A stretch of 63,754 bases of DNA, filler included, from Octopus bimaculoides (GCF_001194135.2; 5 parts of 5 records of this genome joined end to end with filler, not necessarily neighbours in it); one strand, 5' to 3'; positions 46,891 through 59,981 are shown, counted from the first letter of the whole stretch. A program made the numbers and translations. Notes: generated from the sequence alone by a model not told the origin.

Positions 46891-47323
46891 TCAAAACGAT
46901 GGGGCCCTCCACAACTATTCTCTAACAATTCCTTCACACCCAGATGAAGACCTTCAATATACTTATAAGATACAACTTATTAATCTACCTTTATATTTTC
47001 TTAATCTAGTTATCTCCCTACATCATTCTCTATGTGTATGAGAATATGCAGGCGTGCATGCGTGCGTTCACACCAGTAGGATACTACAGGTACACAGAAC
47101 ATACGCGTGTGCGCACGGATGTGCAAATATATTGTTTCACAGTTAAGTGGTATACCACAAATTTACCTCTAAGGTCATAATAACGAGTATGTTCTTACTG
47201 ATTTGCACTAGTAAACAAAAACATCGATATCAATATACACATATAAAAATATATGCACAAATACACACACAGCTTCACACACAAACCACAAATGTATATT
47301 GAATGGTATCTGCATTATTTGCA

Positions 47324-47676
47324 GTTTTGTTTCGACGAGGAGGTTTTTCTCTCTTTCTCAAAAGCTGTAATTACTTTCGAGAGAGTATTTCTACATACAC
47401 CAAACATTTCGGCTGTTTTCGTAACGCTACCGCCTGCCATACGAGCACCAACAATTTGACCTCTATGAAGGTCCGATATATCTCTCATTTTAATGAATTT
47501 TAATTTCCTTTTTCTGATGACATCTGAAAAGTAGCAGCAATTTTAGCAAAACATATTAAGCAACACTAATAACAAATCAAAATACATAAATGCAACAAAC
47601 TTTTGACGGTTTTATGGCTATTTCAAAATTATGATGCTATGATGCTAGGTGTTTCCATTATTTTTTCTAACCCCTG
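47324..47676 (-). mobile_element. Tc1-family element 5' end (TIR and transposase N-terminus)
   Basis: TA|caggggttagaaaaaataatggaaacacct TIR. ATG at 47488 gives MRDISDLHRGQIVGARMAGGSVTKTAEMFGVCRNTLSKVITAFEKERKTSSSKQN (paired-like HTH). Confidence 0.9.
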
Positions 47677-48227
47677 TATATATATTTCTTTATACCTACT
47701 ACGGACTGCGCGAAGCTTACTAACTTCATAGACCTGGATACTTGGGTTTTAAAGTTACACACACACACACACATACACACACTCACACAACACGCACACA
47801 ACACACACACACACGCACGCACACGCACGCACACGCACGCACACGCATAAATATATACGTACATACACATATACATACCTACACCTAAAGTCTTCGTTGA
47901 AGGCTTGTGGAATACGATATGATACTGTGGATAAGAATACTTTCATTGCTATCGGCGAAAGTGTTGTGTGGAAGTAGAACATCCCTATTGGTTGGCCGTA
48001 ATGGACTGTGCCGTAATATAAATGGACATACGCAGAGCGTGTAAGGGAGTCTTGAGCTGTGTAAAGCCGAGAGTTGCGTATTGTCGAGGGTTGTTACCAG
48101 TATATTGAGTAGAACGATTTGCGAGGACATTATTAATATCCCGTTATATCGTACGTCGAACGTGCGATACAAGAAGAAAAAAGAAAAAAAGAAAAAAAAA
48201 CGGAGGAGTGGTTATTTNNNNNNNNNN

Positions 48228-48289
<62 letters not shown>

Positions 48290-49230
48290 CATGTATAGAG
48301 GTGTGTGCATATTAACATGTACTTATAGAAGCATTTGCTTTTTGTTTGGATATAGAAGAAATATGTAGTTACTTCCATGCATATATCTGCATTGATATAT
48401 TTCTAAGTAACCATGTTAGAAATATATTAGAGAATAGTCTAATGAATAATTTATGGGAAACTGGTCTATAGCAATCTTAAGTTTAAAAATCTGTTGAATA
48501 TTTCTTTAGACTCAACTCCTATAACCGACATTAAATTTATCTTGTCTATGATATACGTTCTTTGAAAAATCTTAGTAGCATTTCCTACCAAACATTTTTA
48601 TGGACTCCAAAATAGCACAGCACCATCTTACATACAAATTGATAGGTCACGAGAAAAAAAACTGTGAAGAAGAGAACGAGAAGAATGAAAATATCACAAC
48701 TGTCATATGACAACTTGACAAATCTAATTTATAGTATTGCACTTTACCTAGACTGAACCTAGGCACTAACAAACTCCTCATATCAAACGAGAAAATATAT
48801 ATTTATCATCCTTTCATTTTACATCCTAAAAATATACTTTCGTTTTATCTGCCCAACTGCCTACCAAATTACTTCTCAAGTTTTCGTGCACCTTATGAAT
48901 TTTCTTTTACATTGCTGGGTTGTAGGCTCCCGGTGATTTTAGATGTTTACATAGAAAGGGTACCTTTGATGGAAGCAGTAAAATATTTCCTATTTCCTGC
49001 TGATAAATACTGCAGGTAGGTAGAGAATGTGCGGTCTTTTGTGGAGGCCAATATATATACCGAAATCATGCGTATGTATGCGTGCACACAGTGACGCCCA
49101 CAAATTAACAAATTCACACTCACCAACCACNNNNNNNNNNNNNNNNNNNNNNNNNNNNNNNNNNNNNNNNNNNNTTAATTAATTAANNNNNNNNNNNNNN
49201 NNNNNNNNNNNNNNNNNNNNNNNNNNNNNN

Positions 49231-49271
<41 letters not shown>

Positions 49272-49714
49272 CTATATATATATATATATTTGTGTGTATG
49301 TAGAAATATTTATATATCCATTTATATACATATATATATCTATTTAGTAAGCTACATACATAAACACATACACACACAGAAGGAAGGACACACACACGCA
49401 CTTTTACACACACGCACACACACACATTAACACACACACGCACACGCATATACACATACATGAGCGCGCGCGTGCGCGACGGGCTTTCACACAATTTCCG
49501 TCTAACAAAATTCCACTGAAGTTGTAAATAGATTTATTTATAATGTCTCAGTAATTCTTTTACCAAAATAACACCGATAATGATGTTTACTTACGTCGGA
49601 ATGTCTGAGTTAGGTTGTTGTTAATATTGTCGTAGTAGTTATAATAGTAGTATAAGTATTAGTAGTAGTAGTAGCAGTAGTAGCAGCTGTTGTTGTTGTT
49701 GTTGTTGTTATTGT

Positions 49715-49900
49715 TGTTGTTTTGCCACAGGTCAAACCTAACTGCCTTACAACTCTCTGAACAAATGTTCTGATCATATTAGCTTTATATCAATCACATT
49801 GGATCTAAAGTTAGCGTATGTAGTCTTCCTCCTTTTAACGTTAGAAGGATGTGTTTTGAGGGAGATTTGGCTGCTAATTCTATTAAATCGAAGTACTAAG
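49715..49900 (-). mobile_element. Family D repeat, tail expanded into a (GTT/GTA/GCA)n array
   Basis: ttgttttgccacaggtcaaacc...ggatgtgttttgagggagatttggctgctaattcta. Confidence 0.6.
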
Positions 49901-50482
49901 TAAAGGCTATTTCGTTTGGTCGAATTGGAATGTCGAATATTAATGTTGTTTAGCGCTAGGTTTACCTTAATTTGGTTCATTTATCATTAAAAATGGTTCA
50001 CTTGCGAACATCCTATTATCTCGTTTTGCGCGCGCACCCCACGCCACAAATATNNNNNNNNNNNNNNNNNNNNNNNNNNNNNNNNNNNNNNNNNNNNNNN
50101 NNNNNNNNNNNNNNNNNNNNNNNNNNNNNNNNNNNNNNNNNNNNNNNNNNNNNNNNNNNNNNNNNNNNNNNNNNNNNNNNNNNNNNNNNNNNNNNNNNNN
50201 NNNNNNNNNNNNNNNNNNNNNNNNNNNNNNNNNNNNNNNNNNNNNNNNNNNNNNNNNNNNNNNNNNNNNNNNNNNNNNNNNNNNNNNNNNNNNNNNNNNN
50301 NNNNNNNNNNNNNNNNNNNNNNNNNNNNNNNNNNNNNNNNNNNNNNNNNNNNNNNNNNNNNNNNNNNNNNNNNNNNNNNNNNNNNNNNNNNNNNNNNNNN
50401 NNNNNNNNNNNNNNNNNNNNNNNNNNNNNNNNNNNNNNNNNNNNNNNNNNNNNNTATATATATATATATGTATGTATGTATG

Positions 50483-50537
<55 letters not shown>

Positions 50538-50659
50538 ATAGATAGAGCGAGAGAAAGGAAGGGAGAGAAAGAATGAAAGGGAGATAGAGAGATGTTCAGT
50601 CATAGTGTATCTAGGACTACATTATTCAATGTCTTCTTATCACCTTCCTGTAACTTTTT

Positions 50660-50745
50660 TGAAGATGGTAGAGAATGATTTGAAAGAAATTCGGCTGCTA
50701 TTTCTGACTAGTCAGGCAGCTACGAAAAGGCTTCCCTGTTGGAAC
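50660..50745 (-). mobile_element. Family D fragment
   Basis: gatggtagagaatgatttgaaagaaattcggctgctatttctgac. Confidence 0.55.
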
Positions 50746-51495
50746 TACAGTTATTAGACCCCAAAACAAGGAGTTTATTTTCTTTTTGTTCTCTGCTTTG
50801 CCTCGTATTTCACTGTTACTGAAATCATCGATACACCTAGTTACAGATTACATCCAGTTGCAGATTATACCCAGTTGCAGATATCTGCAACTGGATGCAT
50901 CAGTAAGGTGTAGAACTCCGGAACGAGATGTTATCAGAATATACCCCGTCACTGGGATGGACTGCGGTATCTATAACTTAACCAGATAACTCATTAATGG
51001 TCCAATCATTCTAGATACATAGATATGTAGTATGAGACCTATGGTTGATCGTTGTAAAGAGCAGGAACACTTTGTACTTAAAAGGAGTTTCATCGTTTTA
51101 TTAGCTTGCTACCCCGTCACTGGTGGTGGACCCCTATATCTATTAAGACGATAATTAACTCATGAATGACGCAGTCCATCTAGATTTATATGGCTGTACT
51201 ATGAGTGTTACAGTTAACCATTGTTTACAGCAGAATCATTGTTTAATTAAAGAGTAATTTGTTGTTTTATTGGTATACTATGCCGGGCTCTATGTGTGTC
51301 ACGTGAAGGGAGATGGAAAGCGTAGCCGTGGCATGCCTTAGATACACTAAATATGAAAGCTTTTCTCAAATGAAGATCCTATATTTGGGAGGAATGAGGT
51401 AGTCAATCGAAATCCTTTCCATTAAATAAAGTACTTATTTAAATCAGATGTTTATGTAGTAATAGTAGTAGTAGTTGTTGTTGCTACTGCAGTAA

Positions 51496-51564
<69 letters not shown>

Positions 51565-51667
51565 CTGTTGTTGTTGTTGTAGANNNNNNNNNNNNNNNNN
51601 NNNNNNNNNNNNNNNNNNNNNNNNNNNNNNNNNNNNNNNNNNNNNNNNNNNNNNNNNACTGCAGTAA

Positions 51668-51736
<69 letters not shown>

Positions 51737-51744
51737 CTGTTGTT

Positions 51745-51960
51745 GTTGTTGTAGACGTTACTGCAGGTCAGTTCAATCTGACCAGCTTCATGGTAAAAAA
51801 ACCCATCCATTTTCGTTTCAGTGACGCTATATTTAGGATTACGTTTCCTCAATGTATCCATCCTCAAAATAAGGAGCAGACAAACAACAGTAGTGGGTGT
51901 GGTTTGAGGAAATTTGGGCTGCTATTTCTAGCAAGTCGAACGATTGCATACCGGTTCCCT
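51745..51960 (-). mobile_element. Family D repeat next to a (GTA)n/(GTT)n array
   Basis: gttactgcaggtcagttcaatctgacc...gggtgtggtttgaggaaatttgggctgctatttctagcaagtcgaacga. Confidence 0.6.
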
Positions 51961-52394
51961 ACAAATGCTTATTTAATCGACTGTTGGGTTGTAAGGTAAA
52001 GTTAGAAGAAAGAGTCATAAAACTTGGACAGTTTAATGTATTTAGTCCGGTGCTTTTTTCTCTCTTAAGCTTTACCGAGGGATTAAGATATTCATTTGGC
52101 AATCATAAGGCGTCGAATTCAGTTCATTTCCTCTACACGACACTTTGAGTATCTTTTCCAATACTTTGGACTGATCCCCAACATTGTGAATGAAATTAGA
52201 GACACAGAAACTGTACGGAAGTTCGTCGGATGGATTGCATTTTTAAATCAACTGTTCGACCTCAAAACATTGTGTCATGCTGATTTAGCCTGTGAATTAC
52301 ATTAAAGATACACGTAACTGTGAAATACTCAGCTTTTTATACATTACTCTTTTGTTGGTCTTTTAGCGATCAGAGAATAATGATATCCTTTATA

Positions 52395-52725
52395 CATCGC
52401 TGGTCACATTGCGCTTTCATTCTTCCTTTGATCGCGTCCTTCTCTCCCATTTGGGCTCGAACCGCTTGATTATATCGCTTCCCCATCGTCTGGGAGGTCT
52501 TCCAAGTGGTCTCTTCCGATCTCTTAGCTACCGCTCGATAAATTGTAAAGGTCTATTTGTTGTCTGTGAACCTTGTGGCACGTCCAGCCCAGCAGAACTT
52601 GTGCTTTCGGTATTCCGCCATGACACCGTTTCACGTCCCTCTGTTCTCGAATTACCTTGTAATGCCCCCGGTAGTGATGATGTTCCAAACATGGATCCTT
52701 CCGAGGACCTCTGTTGATCGAGCAA
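52395..52725 (-). mobile_element. RTE-clade LINE 3' fragment
   Basis: Frameshifted YRKHKFCWAGRATRFTDNK and RDRKRPLGRPPRRWGSDIIKRFEPKWERRTRSKEE, matching the RTE C-terminal WAGH..R..DNRW and RPxGRPxxRW motifs. Confidence 0.8.
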
Positions 52726-52765
52726 CTCAACACAGATTGGAAAAACAAAAAGGGAGAGAGGGAAG

Positions 52766-52799
<34 letters not shown>

Positions 52800-53467
52800 G
52801 AGAGAGAAAGAAAGAATTTATTGTTTTACCATAATGATCATCACCCTTGTTGCACTAAAAAAAAAACCGGTTCTTTTTTACCTCATTTCTTGCACAAAAG
52901 CGTCGCAGTTTTTTAAAGTCCAACCTCCTCTTGTAACCATCAATCATATTTGTCAATTCTCAACGAATTGTCTATGAATTTTAAACTTAAAAAGTCTTAG
53001 TTAGGAATAGTGTTAAGCTAATGATTATATTAGCAACACGGAAGCTTTCGTGTGTTATTTCAATTAAAACGCACGCTAAAGATGCAATCCATCACCCCAA
53101 AGGTCGACAAAGTTGGGTTCTCGGATCAACCCAAGCGGAATTGATCTAAGTTTACATGTAAAAAAGATTTATGTGAATCCCACCAAACGTCTCCACATGG
53201 TTAGCTAAGACTGTTGGCACTTCTCTCATGCGATGTCTTTATAGCTAGTCAGTTATTAGGCACAAACGAAACGGAGAATAAACAAATAATTAAAATATTA
53301 TTTATTATATACGTTACCGATAATGATTATATTTTTGTTAGACCTAAGGTTTTGAATTCCGGAGTAGTGAGAGTTCTAGTAGTGGTGGTGATGGTGGTGA
53401 AGGTGGATATTGTTGAAGCTAGTACTTAGCAGGTACTTACTATCATTATATATATATATATAAATTC

Positions 53468-53682
53468 AAGGCTGCGAGCTGGCAAAAGCATCAGCGCAGC
53501 GAACTAAATACTTAACGACAGTTCTTCCGGTTCTTTATATTCTGAGTTCAAATCCTATCTAGATTTACTTAGCCTTTCCTCCTTTTGGGTCGATGAAATA
53601 AAGTACCGGTCTAGAACAGGGGCCGATGATATCGAGTACTCCCCTCAAAGTTGGTGGCTTTATACCAAAGATTTGAAAGAAT
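53468..53682 (+). mobile_element. SINE family A, diverged full-length copy; another A head starts at 53700 before the gap
   Basis: aaggctgcgagctggcaaaa...ttctgagttcaaatcc...gcctttcctccttttgggtcgatgaaataaagtacc; aaggcagtgagttggc at the gap edge. Confidence 0.75.
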
Positions 53683-54095
53683 TTGTTATTAGTTGCAAAT
53701 AAGGCAGTGAGTTGGCNNNNNNNNNNNNNNNNNNNNNNNNNNNNNNNNNNNNNNNNNNNNNNNNNNNNNNNNNNNNNNNNNNNNNNNNNNNNNNNNNNNN
53801 NNNNNNNNNNNNNNNNNNNNNNNNNNNNNNNNNNNNNNNNNNNNNNNNNNNNNNNNNNNNNNNNNNNNNNNNNNNNNNNNNNNNNNNNNNNNNNNNNNNN
53901 NNNNNNNNNNNNNNNNNNNNNNNNNNNNNNNNNNNNNNNNNNNNNNNNNNNNNNNNNNNNNNNNNNNNNNNNNNNNNNNNNNNNNNNNNNNNNNNNNNNN
54001 NNNNNNNNNNNNNNNNNNNNNNNNNNNNNNNNNNNNNNNNNNNNNNNNNNNNNNNNNNNNNNNNNNNNNNNNNNNNNNNNNNNNNNNNNNNNNNN

Positions 54096-54345
54096 GCCTA
54101 TATATATATCTGTTTGTGTGTCTGTGTTTGTCCTCCACCACCGCTTGACAACAACCGGTGTTAGTGTGTTTATTTCGCCGTAAGTTAGCGGTGTTCGGCT
54201 AAAGAAACCAAAAGAACAAGTAGCTGGCTTAAAATGAAAAATAATTACTGGGGTCGATTCATTCGACTAAAAATTCCTCATGGCGATACCCCAGTATGTC
54301 TGCAATTTAATGACCGAAACAAGTCAAAGAAAAAAAAAAAAAAGT
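54096..54345 (+). mobile_element. SINE family C, 3' half after gap
   Basis: gtgtttgtcctccaccaccgcttgacaac...taagttagcggtgttcggc...ggggtcgattcattcgactaa...gaccgaaacaagt plus A-rich tail. Confidence 0.82.
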
Positions 54346-54776
54346 TAGAGAGAAAAGAAAGAAAAGGTAACAACGAATAGAGGGATGAACGGCAAAGTCG
54401 GCTGCAGCGATGTATAGGGTGTGTAACCACCTAGCTATGGGTGCACAACAGCTTCTGCTTTTCAACACCCTAAAACTAAAATAAATCATTCCTCACATTG
54501 GTAAAGGATGTGTAAGTCAAGTGATTCCATCCCACTACTTGTAGTGGTAATTATTTTATCAAGCCTTAGCAGGATGGGGTTGGTGATGGGGTTTGGTGGT
54601 AGGAACCGGTGGTAAGGCTTGGAGGTGAGGTGTGAGGAGTGCGAAAAGTAAAGCTTACGTGCGTGATGTAACAGAATTAAGTGTTCAAATTTTAATCGAA
54701 TTAAGATAACATTTGGCGCTTTAAATAACTTGTAACAAAAAGAGGAGTCTGTCTGTATGTTCGTCAGTCTATCTAT

Positions 54777-54862
<86 letters not shown>

Positions 54863-55122
54863 CTCTAACTCTATCTCCTAAAGCATTGTTTAATTTGTAA
54901 TACTCTCGATGTATATTATATACATACATATATGTACATATGTACACACATGTATATAAATACATATATATATATATGTATGTATATGCATGTGCATATA
55001 TATATACATACGTATAAAAATAAATAAATATAAATATATATATATACACATATACATATAAACATACATATATATATATGCATATACATACATATTTATA
55101 CATACATACTTACACACACACA

Positions 55123-55167
<45 letters not shown>

Positions 55168-55485
55168 AAGTGTGTGTGTATATATATTAATCATTAGTCT
55201 CATTAGTCACTCACCAGTCTCACGTAATAAAGATAACGAATACCATAATATGTGTATGTATGTACGTACGTATGTACGTATGTATGTGCGTTGATTTGTA
55301 GGTTCGATTCTGGCTTGGGTTAGCTCATCATTTTTTACTCAATTGTTTATATATAAATGTCACATTAAATCGAAGTATATATATATATTACTATTATGAT
55401 ATATTATTATATAGTTATTATTGTGCTAATAGGCTTTCATAGTCGCTTTTCTCCGTAAATTATAAAGCTTTCTGGTTTGTTTACA

Positions 55486-55532
<47 letters not shown>

Positions 55533-55575
55533 CATGTGAGTGTGTATGTATGCATATATTTATATAACTACGTAC

Positions 55576-55609
<34 letters not shown>

Positions 55610-56059
55610 GTATGTTTGTGTGTGTGTATATGTGAGTATATACGTGTATATATATATATGTATATATGTGTGTGTGTGTGTGTGTGTAGACATTTGTATA
55701 TGTATATAGCTCTGACGCACATTCATGCAAACAGACAAACACATTCACGCACATCTTTACACATGCCCTGTCACATACATATGTCTCTTCACTGTTATTT
55801 AGTCTCTAGATTATAATGCTTTTAACCGGTGAAATTTTACACTCATTATATAATATTACATGATATCTCGTCTGGAACTTCACTTCACCGTGTAATACGT
55901 GCATCATTGTATTTCATCATTACTAACAGTGTTAGTATGTAATGTGTTATAATAAAGATAAAAAGAAAAAGACAGCGCCCCTTCCCGAGCCATGTAGACT
56001 CTTAAGACCAGTTTCCCGGTTTCTGTGACGTTTATATTCCTCTCGTGAAATGAAGTGAA

Positions 56060-56140
56060 CGCGTCGCCCAATCCAAGAATCGAAGTCACAGTCTTACGAT
56101 CATGAGTCCAACACCCGAAGCATTAAGCCATGAGCCTCCA
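56060..56140 (-). mobile_element. SINE family B tRNA-like head
   Basis: Reverse complement tggaggctcatggcttaatgcttcgggtgttggactcatgatcgtaagactgtgacttcgattcttgga. Confidence 0.65.
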
Positions 56141-56179
56141 CGTTTGTTATCACGCAAGTTACTTTTCTATGAAACGAAC

Positions 56180-57180
56180 CTGGATTTATGAAAAAGGTAG
56201 TAGTGGTGTTGGTGATTGTGGTGATGATGGTGGTGTTGAAGGTGATTGTGGTTGTGGTGGTGATGGTGGTGGCGACCATGACAGTGATCTGGGTGATGGT
56301 GGGGTTGATTATAATGGTGGTTATGGTAGTTGGGGTGGTTGTGGTGATTATTGTTGCTGTGGTGGTGACCATGATGTGATTACGATCATGGCGGTGGTGG
56401 TGGTGGTAGTAGTAGTGGTAGTGATGGTTTGGTGGCGGTAGTGACATGGCGATCGTTGTTGTGGTGGTGGTATGGGTAGTGGTGTTGTGGCGATAGTGAC
56501 AAGTGACAGTTGTAGCTGTGGTCGTGGTTGTGATGTGGCAGCCGTGGTGGTAGTTGTGAGAGTCGGTATCTTAGCAATGGTAATGATGGTTGTGGTGGGT
56601 GTGCAGTTGTGGTAGCTTGTGGTGTCTACGATGCTGCTTGCTGTGGCTATATTGGTGGTGGTGGTAGTGATGGCGGTGGTTGTATTGTTGGTGGTAGCGA
56701 TGGTGGTTGTGGTGGTGGTAGTAATGGTATTTGTTGTGACTGTGGTGGTTGTGATGGTGGTGGTTGTGATGGTGGTGGTTGTGATGGTGGTGGTTGTGAT
56801 AGTGGTGGTTGTGTTGGTGGTGGTTGTGGTGGTGGTAGCTGTGGTGGTGGTGGTTGTGATGGTGGTGGTTGTGATGGTGATGGTTGTGGTGGTGGTGGTT
56901 GTGATGGTGGTGGTTGTTGTGGTGGTGGTTGTGGTGGTGGTAGCTGTGGTGGTGGTGGATGTGATGGTTGTTGTGATGGTGGTTGTTGTGATGGTGGCGG
57001 TTATGATGGTCATGGTCTTGGTGGTAGTGGTTGTGGTGGTGGTGGTTGTTGTGATGGTGGCTGTTGTGGTTTTGGTGCAGGTGATGTTTGCTATTGTTAT
57101 TGTGGCTATATTGTTGTGTTTATGATGATTGTTGTTGCTGTTGATATTGTTGTTGTTGTTGTCGTCATTATTGTTGTTGT
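56180..57180. repeat. ~1-kb degenerate (GGT/TGT/GAT) triplet array with a 15-18 bp higher-order unit
   Basis: gtgatggtggtggtt recurs many times. Grades into (GTT)n at the right end. Confidence 0.92.
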
Positions 57181-57319
57181 AAATAAATGATCTTATTAAT
57201 GATCTTATTATGTAAATATTAATGATCTTATTATGTAAACAATTTATCTTATTAATGATCAAAGCGCTCCGGTGTATCGTGTCCCCTAAGGCGTCTGGAA
57301 CCCAGAACCATATTTATCC

Positions 57320-57395
57320 TTAAGACGGCTGGGTGCGAGTTAAGAAAGATTTGCCTGCTATTTCTAGCAGTTCAAGCGATCACATAAAGGTTCAC
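57320..57395 (-). mobile_element. Family D fragment
   Basis: gaaagatttgcctgctatttctagcagttcaagcgatcacataaagg. Confidence 0.6.
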
Positions 57396-57737
57396 ATATA
57401 TTCTCGAGGTGATGATAGTAATTCGAGGTGACGATGGGGGTAGTGGGGGTGGTGATGGTTATGGTGGTGGTGGTGGTGATGGTTGTGGTGGAGATGGTGG
57501 TGGTGATGATGGCGGGTTGCAGCGGTGTTCATGCTAATTTCTGAGAGTATGGGTATTACAAACTACAAGGGAACGACCAAGATTTCTTTAAGGTAATCAG
57601 AAAAACATTTAAAGGAATATATATATATATATATATANNNNNNNNNNNNNNNNNNNNNNNNNNNNNNNNNNNNNNNNNNNNTTAATTAATTAANNNNNNN
57701 NNNNNNNNNNNNNNNNNNNNNNNNNNNNNNNNNNNNN

Positions 57738-57766
<29 letters not shown>

Positions 57767-57770
<4 letters not shown>

Positions 57771-58020
57771 CGGGCTTCTTTCAGTTTCCGTCTACCAAAT
57801 CCACTCACAAGGCTTTGGTCGGCCCGAGGCTATAGAAGAAGACACTTGCCCAAGGTGCCACGCATTGGGAATGAATATAGTGAATACACAAAAAATAAGA
57901 CAACAAAACACATTCTTTCCCCAAAAGTTATCACTTGCCTAAAGTGCCACACAGTAGGACTGAACCTGGAACCATGGGGCTGGAAGCAAGCTTCTTACCA
58001 CACAACCACTCCTGCACCTT
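57767..58020 (-). mobile_element. SINE family C, 5' half, with a 61-bp insertion flanked by a 28-bp duplication
   Basis: gacgggcttctttcagtttccgtctaccaaatccactcacaaggctttggtcggcccgagg...; cacttgcc.aa.gtgccac.ca.t.gga occurs at 57843 and 57932. Confidence 0.85.
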
Positions 58021-58479
58021 CTTCGTTCTTTCTTTCTTTCTTTTTTTCTCTTGTTGGTAAATTCTTCAGTGATATCGCCAAAACCTATTTCAGACGCTCA
58101 TGTTTATCAATTGTATAGACTTGTCACAGCGGACATTATTGAACGGAGTGTATATACAAACACAGACAGGTCTCCGTGGTGTATAAACTGTTTGTTTAAA
58201 TAGAACGGGTTGTGGTGCGGCGATTTTTGATGGAAGACTAAACGAAATGGCAGAGACAAAGAAGAGCTTCTTCAAAAGATTGAAGGCGGAAGACTGAAGG
58301 GGAGAGAAAAGAATGGAAGACGACAAAAGATTGAACGCATGCGTGCTTCTTTGATTGATTTATTAATTTACTTATTATTATTATTATTAATAGTAGTAGT
58401 AGTATCATTTCATAATGGAGGCTAAACATGGCAGTTTAAACGTTGGAATATAAGCATACATACAAACATACGTAAACAC

Positions 58480-58537
<58 letters not shown>

Positions 58538-58729
58538 TGACGGGTGGACGGACAAACAGATAGACAGAGACACAGATAGTATATCTAGGAGTGAGAAAAA
58601 CAGACGATACGGTTGTCAAACTCATACGTGCGTGTTCGTGTCTGTGGGGTGTAGGAAATAATTTATTATAGTAGATTTAGTACTTATCACTATTCTAAGC
58701 CCACTATAATAAATTATCTCCTACAAAGG

Positions 58730-59540
58730 CAGGTGAAGACTAAAGACAAATGAAGAATGATGACGAAAGACGGAAATAGAAGAGAGAAGGTGGGGCGAGT
58801 AGACAAAATACGATTGAAGACAAGATAGACGAAGAGAGAAGACTCAAGACAAATGGTAGATGAAGACATACGACAGATGAATACTGGTGACTAAAGAGGG
58901 AATATGAGATAAAAGATTGACAACAGAAGAGCGACGATGACAGAAGACTGAAGAATGATGTTGAAATGATGAAGACGTGTGACAAAAGATAAATGGCAGA
59001 TGAAGGTTGACGGTAGATAAACGCTGTTGCCTAAAGACAAAAGAGACCCGAAGACAGAAGAATGGTGATAAAAGAATGAAGACAAGCGATAAAAGACACA
59101 AAACAGATGACAAATGAAGACTGGTGACTAAAGATAGATAGATGATTAAAGGATTATGAAAATAAAAACAGTAAATAGAAAACTGATGATGGGAAAGTAT
59201 AAAGACAGGCGACAGAAGACAAATGGCGTAAAACATAGAAACTGGTGACCAAAGACGGAAGTTAGAAGACAGGAGATTGAAGAAGTAGACAGATAACTGA
59301 AAAAATTAAGTAATATGAAGATAATCTTGAAAAGACAGAAGAAAAATAGCAGATGAAGACAAAAGAATGAATAAGGAAAGAGTGAAAAAAATGTCAAAAT
59401 ACCCAAGAAGTTCGATTAAGACAGAAGTAGCTAACAAAGGAAGACATATTTGCCTGAAAAAGAAGATAGATAATAAAAGATTGTTTACAGACGATGAAGG
59501 CAGACGACAAACACGACAGATGAAATCATCAAACATGTTA
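58730..59540. repeat. Purine-rich cryptic low-complexity tract
   Basis: Dense gaagac/gacaaa/gatga motifs. ctggtgac(t/c)aaag recurs at ~58884, 59120 and 59241. Confidence 0.7.
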
Positions 59541-59795
59541 GTCTAAAGTTGTTTTCATTTCAACATGGACGTTCACACACAACCGTTAAACAGTTTGTTT
59601 ATATTTAGAATTCTGCCTTCTAGTTTACACACAAATATGGTGGATACGATAAATCAACTCCGTGGTTAAATGCAATGTTTTTGCTTATTTATTTTTCTTG
59701 TGCTTTTCTTTTTATTCACTGACAATATCAAAGCCCCACGTGATCTGCAGACAGGTCGTCTGCTAATACGACACAACTAGAGATCTTTCGGCAAA

Positions 59796-59981
59796 CTTTT
59801 ACTTGTTTCAGGCATTGAACCACGACCATACTGGAGCAAAAATTTCATGAGTTTACGTCGAACAAATCCACCACCACGATTTAGTATTTTCTTTTTTTAA
59901 GCCTGATTCTTATTCTATCGGTCTCTTCTTGCCGAAACGCTATGTGAGTGAATATGGTAGACAGAAACTAAAAAGAAGCCT
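59796..59981 (-). mobile_element. SINE family C 3' half (minus) fused to an inverted central segment of the same family (plus)
   Basis: ...tctatcggtctcttcttgccgaaacgcta joins directly to tgtgagtgaatatggtagacagaaactaaaaagaagcc, then gap. Confidence 0.78.

Noticed and set aside
47513-47535. ctgatgacatctgaaaag, hammerhead-like spacing
   Set aside because: Helix II cannot form, there is no helix I or III, and it lies inside the Tc1 5' UTR.
56348-57262. 304-aa Thr-rich (mucin-like) ORF on the minus strand, plus Val-rich and Gly/Cys-rich ORFs on the plus strand
   Set aside because: All frames are open only because of the degenerate triplet array. No credible start, signal peptide or splice context.
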